DNA of 64,000 bases, taken from positions 1 to 64,000 of IMG/VR virus record IMGVR_UViG_3300030328_002400; one strand, 5' to 3'. The DNA comes from a virus. The translations under genes and the position numbers were made by a program. Under the pieces are notes generated by a model. The model worked only from the letters and a program-made list of their open reading frames with translations, did no database searches and had not been told where the DNA came from. The stretch's first letter is position 1, and each line of letters starts with the position of its first letter. Of the stretch, positions 18,762 through 29,275 are shown piece after piece.

Positions 18762-19160
18762 TTAGAATGCTACTAACTCATCAACCTTAAATTCAGGTGC
18801 TTCGTAAGTGGTAGCTTCTTCGGGTGCTTTGAACTCCATTAGCTCAGCACCACTTGGCATTCCTACTAAAGGATATTCTTCTCCCGTAGTTGGATTGATT
18901 TGGTTGTAGACTTGGAAACCAAAGAGATTACTGATTGTAATGTCCTTCTTTCTTAAGCCTTGTGATACTCTTGAAGAACAGGTGATGCCTGTTGATTGAC
19001 CGTCTTCTCTCTTCAAGATGATTACTACTCTCTTGGAAGTATCGTTGAAGTTAGTAGGGATGAGGGATAGTGTCCCGTTCTCTCCACAAAGTTCTCCGAC
19101 CATTCCAATTTCTTCTCTGTCTGCAGGAACAAAAGTGTTCCAATTAAGTTTACTATTCAT
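18762..19160 (-). CDS. hypothetical protein, first gene of the leftward arm
   Basis: 132 aa with clean start and stop and an acidic C-terminus. Confidence 0.6.
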   Translation of the reverse strand: MNSKLNWNTFVPADREEIGMVGELCGENGTLSLIPTNFNDTSKRVVIILKREDGQSTGITCSSRVSQGLRKKDITISNLFGFQVYNQINPTTGEEYPLVGMPSGAELMEFKAPEEATTYEAPEFKVDELVAF

Positions 19161-19546
19161 TATAATGTGATGCTCCTAACACCTTTTTTTAATTAAATTT
19201 ATGCTATTACAGGTTAGCACTTATACCTACAAAGCACGGGGGTATCCCAGACAATGCTTTTTTTTTGTGGGGTTTCAAATGGTAGGGGTCTCCTTCAGTA
19301 CACACACGATGGGGGGGGTGGTTTTGAAAAAAGGGTAGTTAAAAATTTGGAACTTTGGGGTAGAATGTTATACCTTTGGTGGGTGGGTGGGATATTAAAT
19401 CATAAGTATATAACTTATTTAGGTTCCTTGTAACCAGTAAAACAATGAATGTTCAGACATAATATAGCTTTTCTAAAAAGATTATTTGGTAATGTCAGAT
19501 AATTTTTTTATATATTTGCATATAGTAAAGCCAATATAACTAAATA
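19161..19546. promoter_or_regulatory. divergent control region with G-tracts and two Bacteroidota-type promoters
   Basis: Strand switch; TTTG(19346)-N21-TACCTTTG(19371) and TTTG(19485)-N22-TATATTTG(19511) on the + strand; G5, G8, T9 and GGGTGGGTGGG tracts. Confidence 0.6.
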
Positions 19547-19972
19547 ATGGAAGCACAGAAAACCAAATTAGTACAGAAACTAGCTAAAAGCTACAAGGAC
19601 AAGTATGAACTTGCTCAACAGTACTATTCAATACTGTCTGCACTAAACAATCTAAAGCTCACTGAAAGAGAGATACAGTTGGTGGCATACACGTCAATCA
19701 AAGGTACCATCACTTATGCTAACGCTAGAGCAGAGTTTTGTGAGAAGTATAACACTACAACAGCTACGATCAATAACATCGTTAGCAAGCTTAAAAAGGT
19801 GGGTATATTTATCAAAGAAGATAGTAAGGTGAAGGTTAATCCGGTGATAGTATTGGACTTTGAGAAACATATTAATCTGTTTATACAACTGCAGCATGAA
19901 GAAGATAGACAAATCAGTGACAACCTTGAGGGAACACATAGTGAAGAAAATGTCGGTGGGGATGGTAGTTAG
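19547..19972 (+). CDS. winged-HTH DNA-binding protein
   Basis: LTEREIQLV..AEFCEKYNTTTATINNIVSKLKKVGIF..VNP pattern. Confidence 0.6.
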   Translation: MEAQKTKLVQKLAKSYKDKYELAQQYYSILSALNNLKLTEREIQLVAYTSIKGTITYANARAEFCEKYNTTTATINNIVSKLKKVGIFIKEDSKVKVNPVIVLDFEKHINLFIQLQHEEDRQISDNLEGTHSEENVGGDGS

Positions 19973-20255
19973 TGAGAGAGTGATTGATCAAGTGATAACA
20001 CACCAGTTCAATTCTGCTGAAGATGCTACTAAAACCCAAAACAGTATAGAAATTTCCGGGTTTGGAAAATTTGTTTTTAACACAAACAAAGCCGTCAAGA
20101 AGATAAACAAACTGGAAAAAATAAAAAAAGCTTACGAGAAGCAACTAGCCGAGAATACGTTACCAACCAAGAAGTTGGATGTAATCAAGAGCAAGCTGAG
20201 TAATCTCAACCTAACTTTAAACTCTATAAAACCAAAAGTAAATGTCGCAGAATAG
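19896..20255 (+). CDS. IHF/HU-like DNA-binding protein
   Basis: SIEISGFGKF signature; likely ATG 19896. Confidence 0.55.
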   Translation: MKKIDKSVTTLREHIVKKMSVGMVVSERVIDQVITHQFNSAEDATKTQNSIEISGFGKFVFNTNKAVKKINKLEKIKKAYEKQLAENTLPTKKLDVIKSKLSNLNLTLNSIKPKVNVAE

Positions 20256-20364
20256 TCCAAAGCAAAACATAGAACAAGTTAAAGCTTGGATGAAGACATT
20301 AAAGAGTCATGTACAAAAACCTAAAAATAAACGTAGGCCAAATATACGAAGGATGGAAAAATAA
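20242..20364 (+). CDS. small basic protein (40 aa)
   Basis: MSQNSPKQNIEQVKAWMKTLK...; overlaps both neighbours. Confidence 0.3.
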   Translation: MSQNSPKQNIEQVKAWMKTLKSHVQKPKNKRRPNIRRMEK

Positions 20365-20614
20365 GTTACTACCTGATGCCGATATGAAGGATCAGATCAA
20401 CCTAGTAGCTAATCAACGAATGAGTATATGTGATGCATGTCCTAATCATTCTAAGAATCATGAAACTGTAAGGCCAGATAAACATTGTGTTAGTTGCGGA
20501 TGTACTTTGTCAGCTAAAACAAAATGCTTATCTTGCAGTTGTCCTATAAACAAATGGACTGCAGTACTGAATGATGAACAACAAGACAAACTAGAAGAAG
20601 AGTTTTATGAGTAA
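20309..20614 (+). CDS. Cys-rich metal-binding protein
   Basis: RMSICDACP...CVSCGCTLSAKTKCLSCSCPINKW. Confidence 0.65.
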   Translation: MYKNLKINVGQIYEGWKNKLLPDADMKDQINLVANQRMSICDACPNHSKNHETVRPDKHCVSCGCTLSAKTKCLSCSCPINKWTAVLNDEQQDKLEEEFYE

Positions 20615-20876
20615 GAAAGTCAGATTAAGAAAAGTAAATATTGTTTCATTGATAGATATGCTTAAAAAGATCTATGATGATGGAGCAGATTACATAGATA
20701 TAGAGGGAGTACCTACTGATGGTGACGAGGATCTGATAAAAATTGATGTAAAACCAGAGTACTATACAACATTAGAAGAAGAAGAGGGGGCACCAGAATA
20801 CATGATCACTGAACAAGACTATGAGGAAGAGTTTCCTCCTATCGATGATGATGATATAAACGATTTAATTAAATAA
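20607..20876 (+). CDS. acidic hypothetical protein
   Basis: 89-aa co-oriented ORF. Confidence 0.6.
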   Translation: MSKKVRLRKVNIVSLIDMLKKIYDDGADYIDIEGVPTDGDEDLIKIDVKPEYYTTLEEEEGAPEYMITEQDYEEEFPPIDDDDINDLIK

Positions 20877-20880
20877 ACCA

Positions 20881-21117
20881 ATGTATAAAAAGAAAATCAT
20901 AGCCACCCTTGACCTACTTAGGAAGAATCATCCGAAGGTGAACATAGGCAAACATATTGCCAATGCATTAGATGGTCATGATGTATGGTCTATTTCAGAC
21001 AAGAAGTTCTATGAACTTATTAGTAATTACCAAACTCTCTTAGATGCTGTAGAAATTACTGATGATAACTTTGATGTAGACAAGATAATTAAGGATGGAT
21101 TAACAATAGGAAAATAA
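20881..21117 (+). CDS. hypothetical protein
   Basis: 78-aa co-oriented ORF. Confidence 0.6.
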   Translation: MYKKKIIATLDLLRKNHPKVNIGKHIANALDGHDVWSISDKKFYELISNYQTLLDAVEITDDNFDVDKIIKDGLTIGK

Positions 21118-21123
21118 AACTGC

Positions 21124-21453
21124 ATGGCAGTAAAGAAAACTACATATATAAATGCAGAGTTAGAATGGGCTGAACAACAGTTAGTCCAATGGAAAGCTTA
21201 TGTAGATGCTAATCCTCTTCCATCTTTGAAAGATAGAATAGAGTATAAGCAAACAGCAAATGGTGGATCTATACCAATGGTGGTAGCTTCTATTGAATCA
21301 CAAGGTAAATTTATACAAGATACAATGAAGAACTACTTAGCTTTATTAGGTCAAGTAGATAACTTACGTGAGAAAGAAATAAAGAAAGTAGAAACCAGAG
21401 GTGGAGCAGCACTCGGTAGCATGGCTGAAGACTTTTTAAAAAGTAGAGGCTAA
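21124..21453 (+). CDS. probable terminase small subunit
   Basis: Helical 109-aa protein TAATG-coupled to TerL; positional inference. Confidence 0.45.
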   Translation: MAVKKTTYINAELEWAEQQLVQWKAYVDANPLPSLKDRIEYKQTANGGSIPMVVASIESQGKFIQDTMKNYLALLGQVDNLREKEIKKVETRGGAALGSMAEDFLKSRG

Positions 21454-23474
21454 TGGATTATCACAACCTTCAATACTCTGAATGGTTTATAAATCAGAAA
21501 CGTATTCCAGATGCAGACTCTGCAGAGCACAAGGAGTTCTTTGATTTCCATAAAGAAGTATGTATGAACGGATGTACACTAGATGGTGTATATATAAATC
21601 CATTTCTATACTGGCACTTAAACTTCTGGCACACAGAAGTAGATACCATAGATGAATATGGTAGAATCAATCAAAAATATGCTAACCCACTTCTCCGTGA
21701 TAATGAATGGTTAGTGACCAACGAGATAGACAGAGCACACAAAGAAAAGAAAGGCCTAGTTATACTAGGTATTAGACGTTTTGCTAAGTCAGTTATAGAA
21801 GCTAGTTATATTGGTCATGGTGCTACATTTGATGAGAACTCTCAAAATATTATTGCAGGTCTGAATGCACCAGATATAAAACTGATTACAGATAAGATTG
21901 ATAAGGGACTAAACTTTTTACCTAAAGAGTGGAGATGGCAGAGGGTAGAAGATAACTGGAAGAACCAAGTAACATTAGGTATCAAAACTAAATCAGGTAC
22001 AAGAATACCATTCTCACAGATCCTTATTCGTAATTTAGATGGAGGTAACAATGAAGAAGCTATTGCAGGTACGAAACCTCGTAGATTGATCATTGATGAG
22101 ATAGGTAAAGGTAACTTTCTACGTGGACTACAAGCTGCAATACCAGGATTCACTACACCTTTTGGGTGGGGTTGTAGTCCTATATTGACAGGTACAGGTG
22201 GTGATATGAAAATGTTTATGGACGCAAAGTCTTTAATGTTCGATGTAGATAATTTTAATTTTCTAACATATAACAATGCTAAAGACGAAAAAAGAGTCCA
22301 CGGGTTATTCATTTCTCATAAGTATAGAATGGAAGCAAAAGAAGAATCCACATTGGGTGGTTTTCTACACAAGAAAAAAACTTCCGTGCTTCACGAGATA
22401 CCTATGCTAGTATCAAATGAAGAAAAAGCAACCGAGATTACTAATGATATCTTGGAGCGATTAAAAAAAGCTGGCGATAGAGTTGCATATCTCAAAGAAA
22501 AAATGTATTATCCACAAGATGTAGATGATATATTCTTAAATGAGGATACAAATATATTTGATATAGAAGCAGCTAAACGTCAGAAGTATAGAATCTCAGA
22601 ACAAGAAAAGACTGGTGTACCAGTGATATTGTACGATGATGGAGAAGGTGTTAAGCATGATTTTACAGATAAAGTGCCTATCACTAATTTTCCACTAAAA
22701 CAAACTGATTTAAAAGATGCACCGGTGGTTATATACGAGTTTCCTGTAGAAAACCCACCATATGGCCTATATGTTGCAGGTATTGACCCTTATAGACAAG
22801 GTAAATCAGCATATAGTTCTTCATTAGGGTCTGTATACATATATAAACGTATGCACGCTATAGCAGGAGAAAAGTATCAGGATATGTTTGTAGCAAGCTA
22901 CTGTGCACGTCCAGATAAGAAAGAAACATGGGAAGAACAAGCTAGATACCTCATCAAGTACTATAATGCTAGAGCATTATGCGAGAATGACGAGATATCA
23001 TTTATAGATCACATGATTAACAAAGGAGATGCCCATTATCTCGAGAAACAACCTCAATGGTTGAAAGAGATTGTACCAAATACTACAGTAAGACGTGATT
23101 ATGGTATACACAGATCTTCAGAAAAGATAAGAGACTTCTTACACAGTTGTTTAAAGAAGTATACTGAAGAAGTAGTACATACAGAAAGAGATGACGAAGG
23201 AGAGATAGTATCTGAAATAAAAGGTATGTCTAAAATATTAGATCCTGTATTATTAGAGGAAATGATACAGTACAATGAGTCAGGTAACTTTGACCGTATT
23301 ATTGCAGCTGAGTTAGCTATTGGATTAGCAATGAAACTAGATCCAATGATAGGTAAAGTTGGTGATAAGGAAGATGAAAGATTTTCATCATTTCGAAAAC
23401 AAAATAAGAAAAACATTCTATTCACAGAGTCGAGGGGACTTTTTGGTAGAAAAAGAAATAAACTTTTTTCATAA
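21453..23474 (+). CDS. terL: terminase large subunit
   Basis: GIRRFAKS Walker A variant, LIIDEIG Walker B, GTGG coupling motif, AGIDPY nuclease Asp, CEND, NFDRIIA; crAss-type organisation. Confidence 0.9.
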   Translation: MDYHNLQYSEWFINQKRIPDADSAEHKEFFDFHKEVCMNGCTLDGVYINPFLYWHLNFWHTEVDTIDEYGRINQKYANPLLRDNEWLVTNEIDRAHKEKKGLVILGIRRFAKSVIEASYIGHGATFDENSQNIIAGLNAPDIKLITDKIDKGLNFLPKEWRWQRVEDNWKNQVTLGIKTKSGTRIPFSQILIRNLDGGNNEEAIAGTKPRRLIIDEIGKGNFLRGLQAAIPGFTTPFGWGCSPILTGTGGDMKMFMDAKSLMFDVDNFNFLTYNNAKDEKRVHGLFISHKYRMEAKEESTLGGFLHKKKTSVLHEIPMLVSNEEKATEITNDILERLKKAGDRVAYLKEKMYYPQDVDDIFLNEDTNIFDIEAAKRQKYRISEQEKTGVPVILYDDGEGVKHDFTDKVPITNFPLKQTDLKDAPVVIYEFPVENPPYGLYVAGIDPYRQGKSAYSSSLGSVYIYKRMHAIAGEKYQDMFVASYCARPDKKETWEEQARYLIKYYNARALCENDEISFIDHMINKGDAHYLEKQPQWLKEIVPNTTVRRDYGIHRSSEKIRDFLHSCLKKYTEEVVHTERDDEGEIVSEIKGMSKILDPVLLEEMIQYNESGNFDRIIAAELAIGLAMKLDPMIGKVGDKEDERFSSFRKQNKKNILFTESRGLFGRKRNKLFS

Positions 23475-26053
23475 TGGCAATTATAAGATATTCAGACGAT
23501 TCAACAGTTAAGTACGCATACTTAAACATCTTCCCTGATCAGTTTAAAACTGAGAAGCAAAAGCAAGATGATAATTGGGTCAAAAACACAATGGACTACT
23601 TTGCAAATCAAGCATATGCAATGTACATAAGAAACAGGGAAACCTTTACAAAAAACTATGACTTGATGAAAGGGATTCTCCGTAGAGAAGATTTCTATCA
23701 AGAGCCTGAAGTTAGAAGTTTTACTGATCAATTAGTATCAGATGCAGACCTACCTGCATATGTAAAAATGTATTCTATTGTAACCACTCCAGTTAATGAG
23801 TTGGTAGGAGAGATTTCCAAGCGTCCAGATAGTTTTAGAGTAAAAGCTTTTGATGATGATAGTCAGGCTCAAGAGTTACAATTTAAAACAGACACACTGC
23901 AGAACTATGTAGTTGGAAAAGTAAAACAACAAATAGTAGCAAAAGCAGCACTAGGAGGAAAAGAATTAAGTCAAGAAGACTTAGAGAAACTTACATTTGA
24001 TCAAGTAAAAGATCAACTAGATAGTTATACATCTGTAGCAGAGAAATGGGCTAACCATGTTCTTACAGCACAGAAAGCAGACTTTAATCTAAAAGAAAAA
24101 GGAGAAGAAGCATTTAGAGATTTACTTATATCTGCAAGACAGTTTTATCACATATACGAAGATAACTCTAAACTAGGATACAATGTAGAGGTGTGTAATC
24201 CGAGAAATACATGGTATTTAACTACACCAAATAAAAAGTATATATCTGATCCTACAGGTAGAAAACAAGGATCTTATGCTGCAGGTACAGTAGAAGTAAT
24301 GGAACTATCAGAAATCATTGAGGCAGTTCCTGAACTAACAAAAGAAGAGATAGATCATTTACGATCGTCTCTAGAAAACTATGGATTACTGAATGTTTCA
24401 GAATCTAATCTTACCAATCCAGATGTTACACCTGGTATTGATTCTATAACTTATGACACATATGATCCTCTAGTCTTACAAACACGTATGATTATTGAAT
24501 CTGAGATGAAGGAGAATGATGACGGACTAAGAGATTTCTTAGGATTAACTAATAACGTATCTGCATTTGGTTACAAGTATGTAGTTGTAAGATCTTATTG
24601 GATTTCTAAAAAGAAGATAGGTAGACTTATATACTTGGATGAAATGGGTAACGAACAATCTACTCTTGTAGATGAAAACTATAAAAATGGTATGATGCCT
24701 ACACAAATCTCACTAGAGTGGGGATGGGTAAACCAATGGTATCAAGGTATAAAGATAGGAGCAGATATCTATCATGTTAAACCTTATAAACTATTAGACT
24801 ACTGTCCTATTATAGGTACAGTTTATGAGCAAAAGAATACAGAGGCTAAATCTTTAGTAGACTTAATGAAACCTTTCCAGGTTATCTATAACGTTTGTAT
24901 GAATCAGTTATATAAGTTGCTAGAGAAAGAAATGGGTAAGGTACAACTTATGTCTTTACGTCATATTCCTGTTCCTAAAGATGGAGATGCACAAGATGCA
25001 TTAGAGATGTGGGAGATGGAAGCAAGAAATCGAGGTGTAGTGTTTGTAGATGATAGTCCAGAGAATTTGAAGGCTCCAAGCTCATTTAACCAATTCACAT
25101 CCCTAGATCTTACACGTACACAGGAAATACAGTCTAGATATACCCTTGCACAGCAAATGAAGATAGAATGTTGGGAACTCATCGGTATGTCTAAACAACG
25201 TATGGGGTCTGTAGCTGCATCAGAAACAGCAACAGGTACAAGAACAGCAATGCAACAGAGTTACTCTCAGACAGAGCCTCTATTTGTTGCTCATGAGTAT
25301 GTAACAGGGCAGTTATATCAAGCAATTGTAGATGCAGCCTTGTATACAGAGAGTACAAAACCACAATCCACTTTATCATATATAACTAATGAAGGTGAGT
25401 CTGCATTTGTACAAGTAAATGGTACCGATCTAAGCTTACGTGATATTCAAGTGTTCTTAACTAACAGACCTGAAGATACTCAGATGTTCAACGAACTGAG
25501 ACAATTATCTCAAGCGGTTATACAAAATGGTGGTACACTTTATGATGTAATCGAGTTATATAGCACCAAGTCAATGAGAGCAATGAAGAAAACCTTCAAA
25601 GAACTTAGAGATAAGCTAGATGCTCAACAACAGAAACAAGTACAACTGCAAGAACAAGCTCAACAACAGCAAGCTCAACAAGCTCAAGCAGCTTTACAAC
25701 AAGCTAGAGAGATGAAGATGCAAGAAGAGGCTAATCAAAATAGACAGAATGATCTTGATAGAGTTAATAAGAAAGAGATCGCTTTGATTAATGCTATGGC
25801 TAAAGGTCCTTCAATTGTAGGAGCAGATGATGATGGTTCTGGTTCTCCTGATATAGTAGAAATGTCAAAGTTACAAGCTGAGACAAATAAAGCTGATAAA
25901 GAATATCAGGGTAAGATGGCAGAGATCCAAGGTAGAAATACTGTAGCAGCTCAAAAGTTGCAACTTGAACGAGATAAAATTAAATTAGCTCGTGAAAATA
26001 TGGACAATGATTTAGCAGTAGCTAAAGAGAATGCAAAAGGAAGAAATAAGTAG
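23474..26053 (+). CDS. portal protein
   Basis: 859 aa immediately after TerL; LVGE..KRP, SLVDLMKPFQVIYN, Q-rich coiled-coil C-terminus with DDDGSGSPD. Confidence 0.85.
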   Translation: MAIIRYSDDSTVKYAYLNIFPDQFKTEKQKQDDNWVKNTMDYFANQAYAMYIRNRETFTKNYDLMKGILRREDFYQEPEVRSFTDQLVSDADLPAYVKMYSIVTTPVNELVGEISKRPDSFRVKAFDDDSQAQELQFKTDTLQNYVVGKVKQQIVAKAALGGKELSQEDLEKLTFDQVKDQLDSYTSVAEKWANHVLTAQKADFNLKEKGEEAFRDLLISARQFYHIYEDNSKLGYNVEVCNPRNTWYLTTPNKKYISDPTGRKQGSYAAGTVEVMELSEIIEAVPELTKEEIDHLRSSLENYGLLNVSESNLTNPDVTPGIDSITYDTYDPLVLQTRMIIESEMKENDDGLRDFLGLTNNVSAFGYKYVVVRSYWISKKKIGRLIYLDEMGNEQSTLVDENYKNGMMPTQISLEWGWVNQWYQGIKIGADIYHVKPYKLLDYCPIIGTVYEQKNTEAKSLVDLMKPFQVIYNVCMNQLYKLLEKEMGKVQLMSLRHIPVPKDGDAQDALEMWEMEARNRGVVFVDDSPENLKAPSSFNQFTSLDLTRTQEIQSRYTLAQQMKIECWELIGMSKQRMGSVAASETATGTRTAMQQSYSQTEPLFVAHEYVTGQLYQAIVDAALYTESTKPQSTLSYITNEGESAFVQVNGTDLSLRDIQVFLTNRPEDTQMFNELRQLSQAVIQNGGTLYDVIELYSTKSMRAMKKTFKELRDKLDAQQQKQVQLQEQAQQQQAQQAQAALQQAREMKMQEEANQNRQNDLDRVNKKEIALINAMAKGPSIVGADDDGSGSPDIVEMSKLQAETNKADKEYQGKMAEIQGRNTVAAQKLQLERDKIKLARENMDNDLAVAKENAKGRNK

Positions 26054-26212
26054 TAAATAATAATCTTCATTATAGAGAAGAAAATATTAATGCTATATTA
26101 TCTCAACAATTTACAAAAATATATAAATAAAGTTTTGTAAATCAAAATGACTGAATTAAATTTACAGTCATAATGGTAATAAAAACCAATTTTTAATAAA
26201 AAATAACTACAT

Positions 26213-27505
26213 ATGTCTGATAATTTACAGCCACAAGGTAACTTTGGCATACAGAACACCATGGATGTTGGTGGTTCTGGAGATGCACAGTTACTTAACG
26301 ATTTAATGGCTCCAGAAACTGCACAAGCAGATCCTGAAGCTGTAGAACCTATAATCTCGGAAGTAGAGGATACAATTCCTGAAAAGACAACTGCTCCTCC
26401 TAAAGGAAAAGAAATTAAAGGAGAACTAGATGGACAATCCGAAAAAGAAAAGCCAACTGGAGAAGCTTTAATCGCTGACTTTTTAAGTAATGATCCGGAT
26501 GCAGAAACTGAAACTGAAGAGGATGAGGTGGTAGAAGAAAAAGCTGCTGAACCAGAGTCTAAAGATGTTTTAGATGAGGTGGTAGAAGAAGAAGAAACTG
26601 AAACAGGTACTCCTAACTTCGAAGCTTTAGCCAATGATCTATTCAATCTAGGTGTATTTAATAAGGAAGGTGAAGAGGAAGTATCCATTTCAACTCCTGA
26701 AGACTTCTTAGCAAGATTTGAATCTGAAAAGAAGAAAGGTGCACAAGAGCTAGTACAACAATTCATAGGTCAATTTGGTGAAGATTATCAAAAAGCATTT
26801 GAATCCATCTTTGTTAAGGGTGTTGACCCAAAACAATACTTCGGAGCTTACAATACTATTGTTAACTTTTCTGAAATGGATTTATCTAAAGAAGCTAATC
26901 AGAAATCTGTGATGGAACAAGCACTTACTGATCAAGGCTTTGAAGCTGAAGACATATCAAAAGAGATCGAAAGATTACAAAATTACGGTGATTTAGAAGC
27001 AGTATCTACTAGACACCACAAGGTTTTAGTAAAAAAAGAAGCTAAGAAGCTTCAACAACTAGAAGCCCAGTCTCAACAGGAGCAACAACAAAAGCAAGCT
27101 ATCAAGCAGCAATACGTTACAAATGTTCAGACTATACTTTCAGATAAAGTAAAAGAAAAAGAGTTCGATGGTATTCCTGTCAACTCTAATTTAGCAAACG
27201 AACTACAAGACTTCTTACTAGTGGATAAGTGGAAAACACCTAGTGGAGAAACCCTAACCGATTTTGATCGTTCTATCTTAGATTTGAAAAGACCAGAGAA
27301 TCATGAATTAAAAGTAAAAGTGGGATTGCTCCTTAAGATGTTAGAAAAAGATCCATCGTTATCTACGATACAAAGAGCAGGTGTGACTAAAAAATCTAAT
27401 CAGCTATTTGGAGAAGTTGCAAGACAGGTTACGAAAGCTAAAACAGTTGCTGCTAAGAAAACTCCTAGCAGTAGCAATAAGAAACCTAATTCATGGTTCT
27501 TGTAA
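26213..27505 (+). CDS. probable capsid scaffolding protein
   Basis: Highly acidic N-terminus with coiled coils, between portal and MCP. Confidence 0.6.
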   Translation: MSDNLQPQGNFGIQNTMDVGGSGDAQLLNDLMAPETAQADPEAVEPIISEVEDTIPEKTTAPPKGKEIKGELDGQSEKEKPTGEALIADFLSNDPDAETETEEDEVVEEKAAEPESKDVLDEVVEEEETETGTPNFEALANDLFNLGVFNKEGEEEVSISTPEDFLARFESEKKKGAQELVQQFIGQFGEDYQKAFESIFVKGVDPKQYFGAYNTIVNFSEMDLSKEANQKSVMEQALTDQGFEAEDISKEIERLQNYGDLEAVSTRHHKVLVKKEAKKLQQLEAQSQQEQQQKQAIKQQYVTNVQTILSDKVKEKEFDGIPVNSNLANELQDFLLVDKWKTPSGETLTDFDRSILDLKRPENHELKVKVGLLLKMLEKDPSLSTIQRAGVTKKSNQLFGEVARQVTKAKTVAAKKTPSSSNKKPNSWFL

Positions 27506-27534
27506 ATTTTAATTAATAATAAAAAACAAATAAA

Positions 27535-29100
27535 ATGGCAATTCAAACAATCCCAGGTTTAACTGGCTTTACTTATGCCCGTGTAGCGTCTATGGATGCA
27601 CGTGCTGTAGGTAAACTTACAGATGCAAACCACCTAGAGTCTTTTCACTCTACTGAGCCTGCAGACTATGATAAGAAAATTATCAGTCTGTATACTCAAT
27701 CTTCGCTGTATAGCAATGACTTCCTAGACATGATTAACAAGAGTACTCCTTATTTTATTGACACAAACAGTGATGCGTGGAAATGGAATATTGCCGTACC
27801 TTACAAATTCCCTAAAATTATTGACGTTCCAAAATCTACTCAGGATGTATTAGATGCTGGTGGAAAAGTTGGTATTGATGGTCAAGAGTTTGAGCTTATC
27901 TTAAGTTCTAATGAATTCTCTAAAAATGCTATCATTTCAGTTGGAACACGTCAGTATGGACCACGTTTCTACGTAATTAAAGATCCACAACCATGGAACA
28001 TGGGATGGATTTACAAATTTACGTTAGTAAGTGATAACCCAATGGTAGATCACGTTAACCCTATATTCTTAGCACAAGGTAATGAATTAGAGTTGATCGA
28101 TGCTGCAATTGGTGAATTTGATCAAGACTTATTAGGTCTTCCTAAATTAGGTGAAGAGATCACTATGTTCGAATCATTAGGTTCTGCATATGGATACGAG
28201 CACAAAATTACGGAATGGGCTGATGACAAAATGTTACGTGATGCTTCTGGTAAGCCTCTAGATATCTTAGTATATGCTCCACAAAGACGTAATCAACTTC
28301 CTTTAAGGAGAGAAGACGTTAAGTGGGAACCATTTATTGAGTTCTGGATGCGTAAGTCAATGTTAGAGCTAAAAGTTAAAAGAATGATCTGGGCTTCTCC
28401 AGGTACTGTTAAGACTAATGGTTCACAACAAAATTTAAAAAGAACTTCTGCTGGTGTATACCACAGAATGAGAAATAACGGAAACTTAGTACAGTATAAC
28501 AGAGGTGAATTCTCTGCTAACTTAATACGTGCGGTTTTCGGTGATCTATTCTATCGTAGAGTGGATGTTAAAGATCGTAGAGTTAAGATGTATACTAATG
28601 AGGCTGGATTCGATGTATTCCAACAAGCTCTTAAAGATGATGCACTTAATTCAGGTCTTACTTTCGTTGCAGATTCTGGAAACAGATATCTACAAGGTGA
28701 AGGACAAAACATCACTTATAACTTTGCTTTCGATGCAATGGTTACGAGAGAAACAGGTCGTGTTGAATTAATTCACTTAAAAGAACTTGATTTACCACAA
28801 ACTAATTTAGAATTTGGACAAAACATAAAGTCTACACCTGTATTTATGGTGTTTGATGTTTCTCCATTATCTGATGGTGCAATGGTAAACAACATCCGTG
28901 AAGTTCGTATGAAGGGTGCTCCTTCTATGACTTGGGGTTATATTGATGGAACTCGTTCTCACTTAGGCTTTGCTAAGTCTCAAGGAATGCAGTCTGCTAA
29001 TAAATTCCCAGGATACGAAATCTGGATGAAAGATCGTTGTGATGTATTCATCGAAGATTTATCAAGAACTGTACTTATTGAGGAAATACCACAGTTCTAA
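27535..29100 (+). CDS. major capsid protein
   Basis: 521 aa, position after portal and scaffold, strongly biased codon usage, structured 3' UTR. Confidence 0.8.
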   Translation: MAIQTIPGLTGFTYARVASMDARAVGKLTDANHLESFHSTEPADYDKKIISLYTQSSLYSNDFLDMINKSTPYFIDTNSDAWKWNIAVPYKFPKIIDVPKSTQDVLDAGGKVGIDGQEFELILSSNEFSKNAIISVGTRQYGPRFYVIKDPQPWNMGWIYKFTLVSDNPMVDHVNPIFLAQGNELELIDAAIGEFDQDLLGLPKLGEEITMFESLGSAYGYEHKITEWADDKMLRDASGKPLDILVYAPQRRNQLPLRREDVKWEPFIEFWMRKSMLELKVKRMIWASPGTVKTNGSQQNLKRTSAGVYHRMRNNGNLVQYNRGEFSANLIRAVFGDLFYRRVDVKDRRVKMYTNEAGFDVFQQALKDDALNSGLTFVADSGNRYLQGEGQNITYNFAFDAMVTRETGRVELIHLKELDLPQTNLEFGQNIKSTPVFMVFDVSPLSDGAMVNNIREVRMKGAPSMTWGYIDGTRSHLGFAKSQGMQSANKFPGYEIWMKDRCDVFIEDLSRTVLIEEIPQF

Positions 29101-29106
29101 TAAAGA

Positions 29107-29234
29107 AGAATAAGGTGATTTAATTCACCCTTCTCAGAGAAGTAGTCCCCTCACCCACACTGTCCCTCCTCAGAGGGGACAACCTTCTCACTCAGAGTGA
29201 TGATTAAGTTCTACCCATTCAATTGGATCACTCT
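29107..29234 (+). other. triple stem-loop 3' of MCP
   Basis: GGTGA/TCACC; GAGAAG..GTCCCCTC/GAGGGGAC..CTTCTC; AGAGTGAT/ATCACTCT. Confidence 0.55.
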
Positions 29235-29275
29235 ACTAAGATTATAAACCAAAGAATAATTAATTAAACTACATT

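Noticed and set aside
16920-19546. tRNA genes, CRISPR array or hammerhead ribozyme in the non-coding gaps
   Set aside because: No T-loop or cloverleaf, no regularly spaced direct repeats, and no CUGAUGA/GAAA core seen by eye.
13066-23474. Introns or inteins in polymerase and terminase
   Set aside because: Both have compact lengths with contiguous motifs and no intein or homing-endonuclease signature.
26522-26595. Direct repeat GATGAGGTGGTAGAAGAA in the scaffold gene
   Set aside because: Short in-frame duplication within a low-complexity acidic region; no sign of a separate function.
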